Assembly: GCA_965205265.1 (NCBI GenBank)
Contig: CBDBGH010000003.1
Location: forward strand, 480,001 to 544,000
Length of the DNA stretch: 64,000 nucleotides
Reading direction: 5' to 3'
From: Alphaproteobacteria bacterium
GTDB taxonomy: Bacteria; Pseudomonadota; Alphaproteobacteria; Bin95
Below are positions 50,198 through 58,769 of this stretch, piece after piece; within the stretch, counting starts at the first letter, position 1, and every line of letters starts with the position of its first letter. The position numbers were made by a program, and so were the translations under genes. The notes beneath the pieces were generated by a model that saw only the letters and a program-made list of their open reading frames with translations, made no database searches and was not told the DNA's origin.

Positions 50198-50995
50198 ATG
50201 AAGATCGTCGTCATCAATCTCGACCATGCGGCGGAGCGCCGCTGCCGGGTGTCCGCTGCGCTGGACGAACTCGGCCTTGCGTTCGAGCTGTTCAGCGCGG
50301 TCGACGGCCGGCGGCTCACGCCCGAACAGGAGCAGCTGATCGACTACGATGCTCTCGCCCGCCAGGGCTGGCCCATGCGGGCGGGCGCGCTCGGCAACTG
50401 GCTCAGCCATCGCGCGATACTCGCCGACATGATCGACAACGGACCGGAGACGCTGGCGATTCTTGAGGACGATATCGAGCTCTCACCCGAACTCCCCGCC
50501 GCCCTGGATGCCTTGGAGCGCGCATCGGGATCGTTCGACATTGTCTTCCTGAATCGGGGCCGGGCGGTTCGGCGCTTCATTCCCTGCCTGAGGCTCGATA
50601 CCGGGCACAGGCTGGGCTGGCTCCGCTGGTCGCATTTCGGCACCCAGGGCTATGTGATTACCCGTCCTGCGGCCCGGCGCTTCCTGGAAACCTTTCCGCG
50701 TGTGCGCATGAATATCGACCGCTCGCTCGCTGCCTATTGGCGCACCGGTCTCGAGACTTACTGCATACGTCCTCCGGTTCTTCGCCACCTGCTGGCCGAG
50801 GACGGCAACGACTCCATGATCCAGGCGACCCGGGCCGTCGGCCCCGCGGACCCGCTGTTCCGGCTTCGGCGGCGATGGTTCTTTCTCCGAGAGGGTGTGG
50901 CGAAACGCGCTGCGCTCAGTCGATTGGCGGTGAAGGCGCATGGGCCGGTGCGCGGCCTCGGGGCGTTGCTGGGGACGGGAGGGAAGGGGGCCTGA
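50198..50995 (+). CDS. glycosyltransferase family 25
   Basis: VINL...ERR, FSAVDG, WLSH, ILEDD, GTQGYVIT. Confidence 0.88.
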   Translation: MKIVVINLDHAAERRCRVSAALDELGLAFELFSAVDGRRLTPEQEQLIDYDALARQGWPMRAGALGNWLSHRAILADMIDNGPETLAILEDDIELSPELPAALDALERASGSFDIVFLNRGRAVRRFIPCLRLDTGHRLGWLRWSHFGTQGYVITRPAARRFLETFPRVRMNIDRSLAAYWRTGLETYCIRPPVLRHLLAEDGNDSMIQATRAVGPADPLFRLRRRWFFLREGVAKRAALSRLAVKAHGPVRGLGALLGTGGKGA

Positions 50996-51070
50996 CCCCG
51001 TTCACGGGGCTGCCCCTGCCGCTGTCGAAACGATGTTAGGCTAGGCAATCGTCCTGCAGGGAGCCCGGCG

Positions 51071-52714
51071 ATGACGCGCAATCTCGACCCGATTACCGTC
51101 TCCGTGGTCAGCCATAGGCTGACGGCCATCGTCGAGGAAATGGGCGAGGCCATGCTGCGCACCGCCTATTCCCAGATTCTCAACTCCTCGCGCGACTTCT
51201 CCGCCGCCATCTGCGACCGCGACTGCCGGCTGGTCGCGCAGGCGGAGCATATCCCGGTCCATGTGGGCGCGATGCCCTGGGCGGCGAAGGCGGTCTCGGA
51301 CCGCTTCGGGGAGGACGTGTATGAGGGCGACCTGTTCGTCGTCAACGATCCCTATGCCGGCGGCGGCAGCCACCTGCCGGACGTGACGGTATTCGCGCCG
51401 GTGTTCATCGACGGGCGGCTGGCCTTCTGGACGATCAACCGCGCCCATCACAGCGATATCGGCGGTGCGACCCACGGCGCCTACAACCCCTCCGCGACCG
51501 AGATTTTCCACGAGGGGCTGCGCATTCCGCCGCTCAGGCTCTGGGAGCGGGGCCGCCCGCGCGACGACCTTCTGGAGATGATGGCGCTGAACGTGCGCCA
51601 CCCGCGCGACTTCAAGGGCGACCTGGCGGCGCAGATCGGCTCCGTGCGGCTGGGCGAAGCCCGGCTCCAGGCGCTGGTCGACACGTTCGATGCGCGCACC
51701 GTGATGGCGGCCTGCGAGGCGGTGCTGGACGGAGCCGAGCGCCGCTCGCGCGCCGAAGTCGCGACATGGAAGGAGGGCGTGTTCCACGGCGAGGCGTTTC
51801 TCGACGACGATGGCCACGGCCGGCATGACATCGCCATCCGCGCCACAGCGACTGTCCGCGCGGGCGAGGTCGCGGTGGACCTGAGCGCATCCGACCCGCA
51901 GAGCACGGCCTTCGTCAATTCCAGCCATGCCAATACGGTCTCGGCGGTCACGCAGTCCTTCGCCTATCTGATCGACCCGGAGATACCGAAAAACGAAGGC
52001 GCGTTCCGTCCGCTCTCGGTCAAGTTGAAGGAGGGGACGATCGTCTGGGCGGAGGACGGCCTTCCGGTCACCATGTGCACCTCGCATTGCGGCAACGAGA
52101 TCATCGAAGCCGTGATTACGGCGCTCGCGCAGTCCTGCCCGGCGCGCACCATGGCCGGCTGGGGCCGCCGGCTTCGCATCGCCATCAAGGGCCGGGACCC
52201 GCGCAACGGGCGCGGCTTCATCTGGCATATGTTCTATGCCCGGCCCGGCGGCGGCGGCTCGCCGGGCGGGGACGGCTGGCATTCGGTCGGCGAGTGGCAT
52301 TCCGCCGGCGGGTTGAAATTCGGCAGCGTCGAGGTGGCGGAGGTCCGCTTCCCGCTGCATATCGCGCGCCACGAGTTCCGTCCGGGCTCCGGCGGCGCCG
52401 GGGAATATCGGGGCGGCTGCGGGGCCGAGCTGGAACTGCGGGTCGAGACGGAAGAGCCGGCCGTCGCCAACACGGCCGGAGACGGCGTGCGTTATGGTGC
52501 GCGCGGCATTCTCGGCGGCGGGGACGGGCTGCCGCACCGCTATATTCACCACGGCTCCGGCGGCGGCCGCGTGCTCCCGAGCAAGCAGGTCGGCATCGAG
52601 GTCGCGCCGGGCGACGTGTTCGAAGTGCTGTCGGGCGGCGGCGGCGGCTGGGGCGATCCGGCGCGCCGCACGCCAGCCGCAGCGGAGGCCGACCGGCTGG
52701 ACGGCGTGGCCTGA
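51071..52714 (+). CDS. hydantoinase B/oxoprolinase family protein
   Basis: LLRTAYS-like MLRTAYS, HIPVHVG, NDPYAGGGSHLPD, AHHSDIGG, SGGAGEYRGG, GGGGWGDP. Confidence 0.92.
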   Translation: MTRNLDPITVSVVSHRLTAIVEEMGEAMLRTAYSQILNSSRDFSAAICDRDCRLVAQAEHIPVHVGAMPWAAKAVSDRFGEDVYEGDLFVVNDPYAGGGSHLPDVTVFAPVFIDGRLAFWTINRAHHSDIGGATHGAYNPSATEIFHEGLRIPPLRLWERGRPRDDLLEMMALNVRHPRDFKGDLAAQIGSVRLGEARLQALVDTFDARTVMAACEAVLDGAERRSRAEVATWKEGVFHGEAFLDDDGHGRHDIAIRATATVRAGEVAVDLSASDPQSTAFVNSSHANTVSAVTQSFAYLIDPEIPKNEGAFRPLSVKLKEGTIVWAEDGLPVTMCTSHCGNEIIEAVITALAQSCPARTMAGWGRRLRIAIKGRDPRNGRGFIWHMFYARPGGGGSPGGDGWHSVGEWHSAGGLKFGSVEVAEVRFPLHIARHEFRPGSGGAGEYRGGCGAELELRVETEEPAVANTAGDGVRYGARGILGGGDGLPHRYIHHGSGGGRVLPSKQVGIEVAPGDVFEVLSGGGGGWGDPARRTPAAAEADRLDGVA

Positions 52715-52734
52715 GCGGGCCGGCGGCCGGTGAT

Positions 52735-52802
52735 TGGTGGATAGTGGTTGCAGGCGGGCTCCGTTCGCACTATCCACCAGCCACTGACCACTAGCCACTG
52801 GC
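52735..52802. repeat. heptamer tandem repeat with inverted arm
   Basis: CACTATC-CACCAGC-CACTGAC-CACTAGC-CACTGGC (52768-52802); TGGTGGATAGTG/CACTATCCACCA 12-bp IR. Confidence 0.75.
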
Positions 52803-52810
52803 GACCGCCC

Positions 52811-53170
52811 ATGGAAACCTGGATTACGCTGGCGCTGGTCGTTGCGCTGGCCGCTCTCATGATCGGCATGATCCGCTCGCTGCGCGGCGACTTGGGCAAG
52901 CGCATCGACGGCGTGGACAAACGCATCGACGAGACGCGCAGCGACTTGGGCAAGCGCATCGACGGTGTGGACAAACGCATCGACGAGACGCGCAGCGACC
53001 TGGGCGGTCGCATCGACAGGGTCGAACAGCGCATGGACCGCCTGGAAGCCGGACTGGTCGAGGTGAAGGAGGGCCTGGCCGAAGTGCGCGGCGAACTCAG
53101 GTTCGTGCGCGACTACATCCTGCGCCGCAACGCCCCGGCGGAAGAGCCGCCGGCCGCGCCGGCGGAATAG
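52811..53170 (+). CDS. membrane-anchored repeat coiled-coil protein (paralog 2)
   Basis: TM helix; 54-bp/18-aa tandem DLGKRIDGVDKRIDETRS starting at 52889, 52943 and 52997 (partial); LAEVRGELRFVRDYI. Confidence 0.8.
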   Translation: METWITLALVVALAALMIGMIRSLRGDLGKRIDGVDKRIDETRSDLGKRIDGVDKRIDETRSDLGGRIDRVEQRMDRLEAGLVEVKEGLAEVRGELRFVRDYILRRNAPAEEPPAAPAE

Positions 53171-53188
53171 GCCAGCGGACATCGGCCC

Positions 53189-54238
53189 ATGCAACTCGCA
53201 GCCAGACGCTATGAGGTCGCCGACATGATGGCGGCGCAGGAATTCTACCACAGCCGGGGCTGGACGGACGGCCTGCCGGTGGTGCCGCCGACGGAGGACG
53301 CCGTCGAGGCGTGCCTGGAGTGGGCGGGCCTCGTGCCGGACCACCTGGTGGGCGTAGAGCCGGTGCGCGCCCGCGCGGTCACGGCCGAGAAGCTCGCGAT
53401 CAACGCGGTCATGGCGGGTTGCCTGCCGATGCACTTCCCGGTCGTCGTCACGGCCTTCACGGCGATGCTGCAGGAGCCGTTCCTGCTGCATGGCGCCACG
53501 GCCAGCACGGGCGGCTGCGCGGTGCTCGTCGTCGTCAACGGGCCGTTGGCGGCAGAGATCGGCATGGATGCGACCTTCAACGCGCTCGCCTCCAGCGACC
53601 GGGCCTCGATGGCGATCGGCCGCAGCCTGCGCCTCTCGCTCATCAACATGATGGACGTGCGGCCGGGCGCCATCGACCGCTCGGTGCTCGGCCATCCGGG
53701 CAAGATCAGCTATTGCCTCGCCGAGGACGAGGCGGGCTCGCAGTGGCTGCCGCTCGCCGAAGAGCGCGGCATGCCCGTCGGCGCTTCCTGCGTCACCGTC
53801 ATGGCTGCCGGCGCGCCGCGCCAGCTGATGAACGAGTGGACGACGGTTCCGGAGGAAATCCTCGACACCTATGCCTCCGAGATCCGCGCCAACATGCGCC
53901 ACTACTCGATCTGGCCGGGCAATTACGCCATCGTCGTGCCGCCGCAATTGCGCGCCCACTTCCATGCGGCCGGCTGGTCCAAGGCCGATGTCCGCGCCTA
54001 TTTGTTCGAGAAAGCGCGCATCCTGCGCTCGGAATGGGCCGATTGCGGCAAGGGCGCGGTGGTGCGCGACCGGGGCGGTTCGGAATATGCGGCGCTGTCG
54101 GAGCCGGACGACCTGCTGGTGATTGCGGCCGGCGGCCCGGCGGGTGGTTTCGGCGCGGTCATCCCGCCCTGGCTCGGACCCAAGAGCCGGGCGGTCACGG
54201 TTGCGATCGGCGCCTGCGTCGATTGCGAGATTCCATGA
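53189..54238 (+). CDS. UGSC-associated conserved protein with C-terminal CxxC
   Basis: GWTDGLPVVPPT, EKLAINAVMAGC, IGRSLRL, GHPGK, AAGGPAG; ends CVDCEIP. Confidence 0.8.
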   Translation: MQLAARRYEVADMMAAQEFYHSRGWTDGLPVVPPTEDAVEACLEWAGLVPDHLVGVEPVRARAVTAEKLAINAVMAGCLPMHFPVVVTAFTAMLQEPFLLHGATASTGGCAVLVVVNGPLAAEIGMDATFNALASSDRASMAIGRSLRLSLINMMDVRPGAIDRSVLGHPGKISYCLAEDEAGSQWLPLAEERGMPVGASCVTVMAAGAPRQLMNEWTTVPEEILDTYASEIRANMRHYSIWPGNYAIVVPPQLRAHFHAAGWSKADVRAYLFEKARILRSEWADCGKGAVVRDRGGSEYAALSEPDDLLVIAAGGPAGGFGAVIPPWLGPKSRAVTVAIGACVDCEIP

Positions 54239-54267
54239 GTTCGGACGACACGAGGAGAGAGAACGGC

Positions 54268-54792
54268 ATGCAGATACTCGATCCGTCGCATGAGGAAGGG
54301 GCCGAGGGCTTTGCGCCTGCGGTCCGGCTTGCGGCGCTGGAGGGCGCGACCGTCGGGGTGATCTCCAACGGCAAGGAGGGGACGAAGGACTTCTTCGCCG
54401 CCTTCGAGCGGGTGCTCAGGGACCGGTACGGCGTCGGCGAGGTCGTGCTGCGCACCAAGTCGAACTACAGCGCGCCGGCCGACAAGGGCCTGCTGGAGGA
54501 AGCGAAGAGCTGGGACGCCCTCGTCGCCGGCATTGGCGATTGAGGCAGCTGCTCGTCGTGCAGTTTGCATGACGCGGTTGCCGGAGAGCGGATCGGGGTG
54601 CCGTCGGCCGGCATCATGACGGAAACCTTCGTGAGCGCGGCGGAACTGATGGCGCGCGTGCTGGGCGCGGAGGACTACCCCTTCGCGGTGATCGAGCACC
54701 CGATCAGCAGCGCGGACCGGGCGATGCTCGCCGCCCGCGCCGAGCGCGCCGCTGCCGACTGCGCGCGGCTGTTGCTGGCCCCGGACGGGTAG
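54268..54792 (+). CDS. UGSC family selenoprotein (174 aa, Sec at codon 92)
   Basis: Two in-frame ORFs joined by a single TGA at 54541: AGIGD-U-GSCSSCSLHD; ILDP, ISNGK, EHPIS motifs. Confidence 0.88.
54544..54582 (+). promoter_or_regulatory. bacterial SECIS-like hairpin
   Basis: GGCAGCUGC-UC-GUCGUGCA-GUU-UGCAUGAC-GCGGUUGCC; apical-loop G is 20 nt after the UGA. Confidence 0.75.
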
Positions 54793-54820
54793 GAGAGCGG
54801 TCCCGCAAGGCCGGCACAGA

Positions 54821-54852
54821 CCATGACACCGGCGGAAAATCCGGGCTAGGCT
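54821..54852 (+). promoter_or_regulatory. recurrent promoter-like motif, copy 4
   Basis: CCATGACA-CCGGCGGAAAA-TCCGGGCTAGGCT, 37 nt before ATG 54890. Confidence 0.55.
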
Positions 54853-54889
54853 CGCGCCACTCGTATAGTTGCTGCAGACGGGAGCCGGC

Positions 54890-55648
54890 ATGGGCAGGTT
54901 CGATGGCAGGGTTGCACTGGTCAGCGGCGGGGCTCGCGGACAGGGCGCGGCAGAGGCGCGAGCCTTTGCGGCGGAGGGCGCGGCGGTCGTTTTCGGCGAC
55001 ATCCTGGAGGAGGAAGGCGCGGCCGTTCAGGCCGGCATCGAGGCGTCGGGCGGGGCTGCGGCCTATATGCATCTGGATGTGACGAAGGAGGACGACTGGC
55101 GCCGTGCGGTCGGCTACGCGACGGACACGCACGGCCGGCTCGACATCCTGGTGAACAATGCCGCGATCGTCATTGCCCGCGCGGCCATCGAGCATCGCAC
55201 GGTGGAGGAATGGGACCGGGTGCAGGCGGTGAATTCACGCGGCGTCTTTCTCGGAACGAAGCATGCGATACCGGCGATGCGGGCTTCCGGCGGCGGTTCG
55301 ATCGTCAATATCGTGTCGGTGGCCGGCATCGGCCAGTCGACCCATCAGGAACCCGCCTATGCCGCAAGCAAGGGCGCGGTGCGGATATTCACCAAGGTAA
55401 CGGCGGCGCAGCATGCCGTGGACCGCATCCGCTGCAACGCGGTGCTTCCCGGTCCGATAGACACCGAAATGCTGCACAACGCGTTGTCCGACCCGGCGGT
55501 GCTGGCCGAGCGCGTGTCCCGCGTCCCCATGGGGCGTATCGGGACGATCGACGAGGTCGTTGCGGCAGTGCTGTTTCTGGCATCGGACGCCGCCTCCTAC
55601 ATGACCGGCGGCGAAATAGTGATCGACGGCGGCGCAACCAGCATGTAG
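54890..55648 (+). CDS. SDR family oxidoreductase
   Basis: SGGARGQG, NNAA, YAASK. Confidence 0.92.
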   Translation: MGRFDGRVALVSGGARGQGAAEARAFAAEGAAVVFGDILEEEGAAVQAGIEASGGAAAYMHLDVTKEDDWRRAVGYATDTHGRLDILVNNAAIVIARAAIEHRTVEEWDRVQAVNSRGVFLGTKHAIPAMRASGGGSIVNIVSVAGIGQSTHQEPAYAASKGAVRIFTKVTAAQHAVDRIRCNAVLPGPIDTEMLHNALSDPAVLAERVSRVPMGRIGTIDEVVAAVLFLASDAASYMTGGEIVIDGGATSM

Positions 55649-55665
55649 CCGGCCCGGCTGCCGCG

Positions 55666-56925
55666 TCAGATCGCTCCCTCGCGGCGCAGGCCGTCGATCT
55701 CGTCCTCCGGGAAGCCGAACTCGGCCAGCACCTCGTCCGTGTGCTCGCCGATGAGCGGCGGCGGGCGGTCGGTGCCCCGGCCCGTGTTCGCGCCGTGGAA
55801 GGCCAGGTCCACATAAACGCCCTCGCCGCCGCCCAGCGCCTCCTGCCGCGCGACCGGCCGGAAGGTGCCGCGATGGGCCAGCTGGCCGTCCTCGCAGACC
55901 TGCGGCACGGAGGCCACCCGGCTCGCGGGCACGCCGGCTTCGGCGAGGCGCGCCTCCCATGTGCCGGCATCGGCCGCCGCCAGCGCCGCGGTGAACGCCT
56001 TGCGGAGCGCATCCGCATTGGCGATCCGGTCGGGAAGGGTGGCGAAGCGCGGGTCGTCCGCGAGGTCCGCGAGGCCGAGCGTGCGGGCGAACGCGACGAA
56101 CTGGCCCTGGGTGGGCGCGGCGACCATCAGGAAGCCGTCGCCGGTCGGGAAGGCGTCGGAGGTCGGGTTGTCGGTCTGCGACCTGTTGCCGTTCGGCCGG
56201 GGCTCCTGCCCGTTCACCTGCCAGAAATTGATCGTCGGCGCCATGATGCCGACCGCGGTGTCGAGCATGGAAAGGTCGAGATGGTCGCCCGCGCCGGTGC
56301 GCTCGCGGTGGTAGAGCGCGGTCGAGATGGCGAAACAGGCCTGCGTGGCGGTCGCCATGTCGGTCAGCCAGTACCCGGTCTTGAGCGGCTCGGCGCCGGC
56401 CGCGCCGGTGACCGCCATCATGCCGGAAGCCGCCTGGATGGAAGGGTCGTAGGCGGCGGCGGGCGCACGCGGGCCGGTTTGCCCGTATCCGGATATGGAG
56501 CAATAGACGAGGCGCGGATTGACCTGCTTCAGCGCGTCGTAACCGAGGCCCATGCGGTCCATCGTGCCGGCCTTGAAGTTCTGGACGAGAACATCGGCGG
56601 ATGCCGCCAGCCGGCGCACGACATCGACTGCGCGGGGATGCTTGAGATCGAGCGTGAGGGACCGCTTGCCGGCATTGACGGACAGGAACAGGGTGGACAT
56701 GCCGGCTTCGGCGAGGCGCGGGTCCGTCGCCGGACCGAGGCCGCGGCCCTGGTCGCCGCCGGCGCGGTTCTCCACCTTCACGACATCGGCGCCGAGCAGG
56801 GCCAGCTGCTGGGTGCAATAGGGGCCGGCAAGCACCTGGGTGAAATCGATGATGCGCACCCCCTCGAGCGGCCGCCTCGCCGCTCCGTCCCGCGTTTCAC
56901 CGGCGGCGTTCTCCGTCCCGGTCAT
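55666..56925 (-). CDS. CaiB/BaiF CoA-transferase
   Basis: PLEGVRIID, AGPYCT, NAGKRS, CSISGYGQTGP, GEHTDEVL. Confidence 0.92.
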   Translation of the reverse strand: MTGTENAAGETRDGAARRPLEGVRIIDFTQVLAGPYCTQQLALLGADVVKVENRAGGDQGRGLGPATDPRLAEAGMSTLFLSVNAGKRSLTLDLKHPRAVDVVRRLAASADVLVQNFKAGTMDRMGLGYDALKQVNPRLVYCSISGYGQTGPRAPAAAYDPSIQAASGMMAVTGAAGAEPLKTGYWLTDMATATQACFAISTALYHRERTGAGDHLDLSMLDTAVGIMAPTINFWQVNGQEPRPNGNRSQTDNPTSDAFPTGDGFLMVAAPTQGQFVAFARTLGLADLADDPRFATLPDRIANADALRKAFTAALAAADAGTWEARLAEAGVPASRVASVPQVCEDGQLAHRGTFRPVARQEALGGGEGVYVDLAFHGANTGRGTDRPPPLIGEHTDEVLAEFGFPEDEIDGLRREGAI

Positions 56926-56997
56926 CCTGCATCTCCCTTCATTGCCGGAATCCGCTACATATACCCGTTCCATACCTGAGAACGGAGACCCGGCCCC

Positions 56998-57951
56998 GTG
57001 ACAAGCGATCCCCAGACCCGGCCGCGCTATCTCGGCCTGCCGACCTTCATGCGCCTGCCCTATGCGGAGGATGTGGGCGGGGCCGATATCGCCGTGCTCG
57101 GCGTGCCCTTCGACGGCGGGGTGAGCAACCGGCCGGGCGCCCGGCACGGGCCGCGCGCGGTCCGCGACCTGTCCAGCATGGTCCGCAAGGTCAACCAGGC
57201 GACCGGGGCCGCGCCCTTCGATGCCGCGCGAATCGTGGACGGCGGCGATGTCTGGACGGAGCGGGTCTATCGGCTGGAGGACGCCCATGCCGACATCCAG
57301 GCGGGATTCGCCAAGGTGCGCGAGGCGGGCGCCGTGCCGCTCTCGGTCGGCGGCGACCATTCGATCAGCCTGCCGATCATGCGCGCGCTCTTCTCCGGCG
57401 GGCCGCCCGTCGGCATGGTCCATATCGACGCCCATTGCGACACGGCCGACGACGACAAGGGCTCGCGCTTCCATCACGGCGCGCCCTTCAGCCGCGCGGT
57501 GGAGGAAGGGCTGCTGGACCCGAAGCGGACGGTGCAGATCGGCATTCGCGGCGCGCTCTTCGATCCCGACAGGTGGAAGTTCAGCTACGACGCGGGCATG
57601 CGCGTCGTGCCGATGGAGGAGGTCTATGAGATCGGCCCGAAGGGCGCGGCCGCCATCGCGCATGAGGTCGTCGGCGACGGGCCGACCTATCTTTCCTTCG
57701 ATATCGACTGCCTGGACCCCGCCTTCGCGCCCGGCACCGGCACGCCGGAGATCGGCGGCTTCAGCACCGCCGAGGCGCTCATCCTGCTGCGCCGGCTGGC
57801 CGGGATCGACTTCGTCGCGGGCGACCTTGTGGAAGTGTCGCCGCCCTTCGACTCGGCCGGCATCACCGCGCTTGCCGGCGCCAATATCCTGTTCGAGATC
57901 CTGTGCCTGCTGACGGCTTCCCTCGAAGCCCGGCGCAGAGCGGCGGGGTGA
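56998..57951 (+). CDS. speB: agmatinase/ureohydrolase family protein
   Basis: RPGARHGP, GGDHS, DAHCD, HG, SFDIDCLDP, GTGTPE, EVSP; exact substrate uncertain. Confidence 0.85.
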   Translation: MTSDPQTRPRYLGLPTFMRLPYAEDVGGADIAVLGVPFDGGVSNRPGARHGPRAVRDLSSMVRKVNQATGAAPFDAARIVDGGDVWTERVYRLEDAHADIQAGFAKVREAGAVPLSVGGDHSISLPIMRALFSGGPPVGMVHIDAHCDTADDDKGSRFHHGAPFSRAVEEGLLDPKRTVQIGIRGALFDPDRWKFSYDAGMRVVPMEEVYEIGPKGAAAIAHEVVGDGPTYLSFDIDCLDPAFAPGTGTPEIGGFSTAEALILLRRLAGIDFVAGDLVEVSPPFDSAGITALAGANILFEILCLLTASLEARRRAAG

Positions 57952-57961
57952 GGGGAGGCGC

Positions 57962-58729
57962 ATGGGCGAGGGAAGGTTTGCGGGGCGGACGGCGCTCGTG
58001 ACGGGCGGCTCGCGCGGCATCGGCCGGGCGATCTGCGTCCAGCTTGCCAGGGAAGGCGCCTGGGTCGCGGTCAACTATGCGGAGAGCGCCGATGCAGCAG
58101 CCGAGACGCTGGACCTGATGCGGGCGGCAGGCGGGAAGGGCGCTGTCTTCCAGGCCGATGTCGCGTCCTGGGAGGCCACCTCCGCCATGTTCGACGCCGT
58201 CGAGGCCCGGCGCGGGCCGGTGGACCTGCTGGTGACCAATGCCGGCGCCGCCTCGTTCCAGGACGATGTGGACATGCCGCTGGAGCTCTGGCGGCGCATC
58301 CTCGCGGTCAATATCGACGGCGCCTTCCACTGCGTCTGGCGCGCGAAGGAGGCCATGCTGGCGCGGAAGGACGGGCGCATCGTCTGCATCTCCTCGATCC
58401 AGGGCCTCGCGCCGAGCCGCATTCGCCGCGACCGGCTGATCGCCTACGGCACCTCGAAATCGGCGGTAATCGGCTTCGCGCGCAACTGCGCCGTGGCCTT
58501 CGGCCCCGACATCAGGGTGAACTGCGTGGCGCCCGGCCTGATCGACACGGACATGACGAAGGACATGAGCGACGAAATGCGCGCCCGCATTGTCGGCGAG
58601 ACGCCGGCCGGGCGCACCGGCACACCGGAAGATGTCGCGGAACTGACCTGCTTCCTGCTCAGCGACGCCGCCAGCTTCATCACCGGCCAGACCTATGTGA
58701 CCTCCGGCGGCCTCGTGACCTTGCCGTAA
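57962..58729 (+). CDS. SDR family oxidoreductase (FabG-like)
   Basis: TGGSRGIG, TNAG, YGTSK, PGLIDTDM. Confidence 0.92.
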   Translation: MGEGRFAGRTALVTGGSRGIGRAICVQLAREGAWVAVNYAESADAAAETLDLMRAAGGKGAVFQADVASWEATSAMFDAVEARRGPVDLLVTNAGAASFQDDVDMPLELWRRILAVNIDGAFHCVWRAKEAMLARKDGRIVCISSIQGLAPSRIRRDRLIAYGTSKSAVIGFARNCAVAFGPDIRVNCVAPGLIDTDMTKDMSDEMRARIVGETPAGRTGTPEDVAELTCFLLSDAASFITGQTYVTSGGLVTLP

Positions 58730-58769
58730 CCCGGACCTCCAGCGAAAGCCTCCGGAGCGGGAGCCTGGG

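Noticed and set aside
51041-53965. Long antisense or alternate-frame ORFs (974 aa here; also 8260-10590, 21658-23847 and many others)
   Set aside because: Shadow ORFs typical of high-GC DNA, opposite well-supported genes and without recognisable motifs
54541-54543. Nonsense mutation / pseudogene reading of the TGA
   Set aside because: The UGSC motif context and the immediately following SECIS-like hairpin favour Sec recoding
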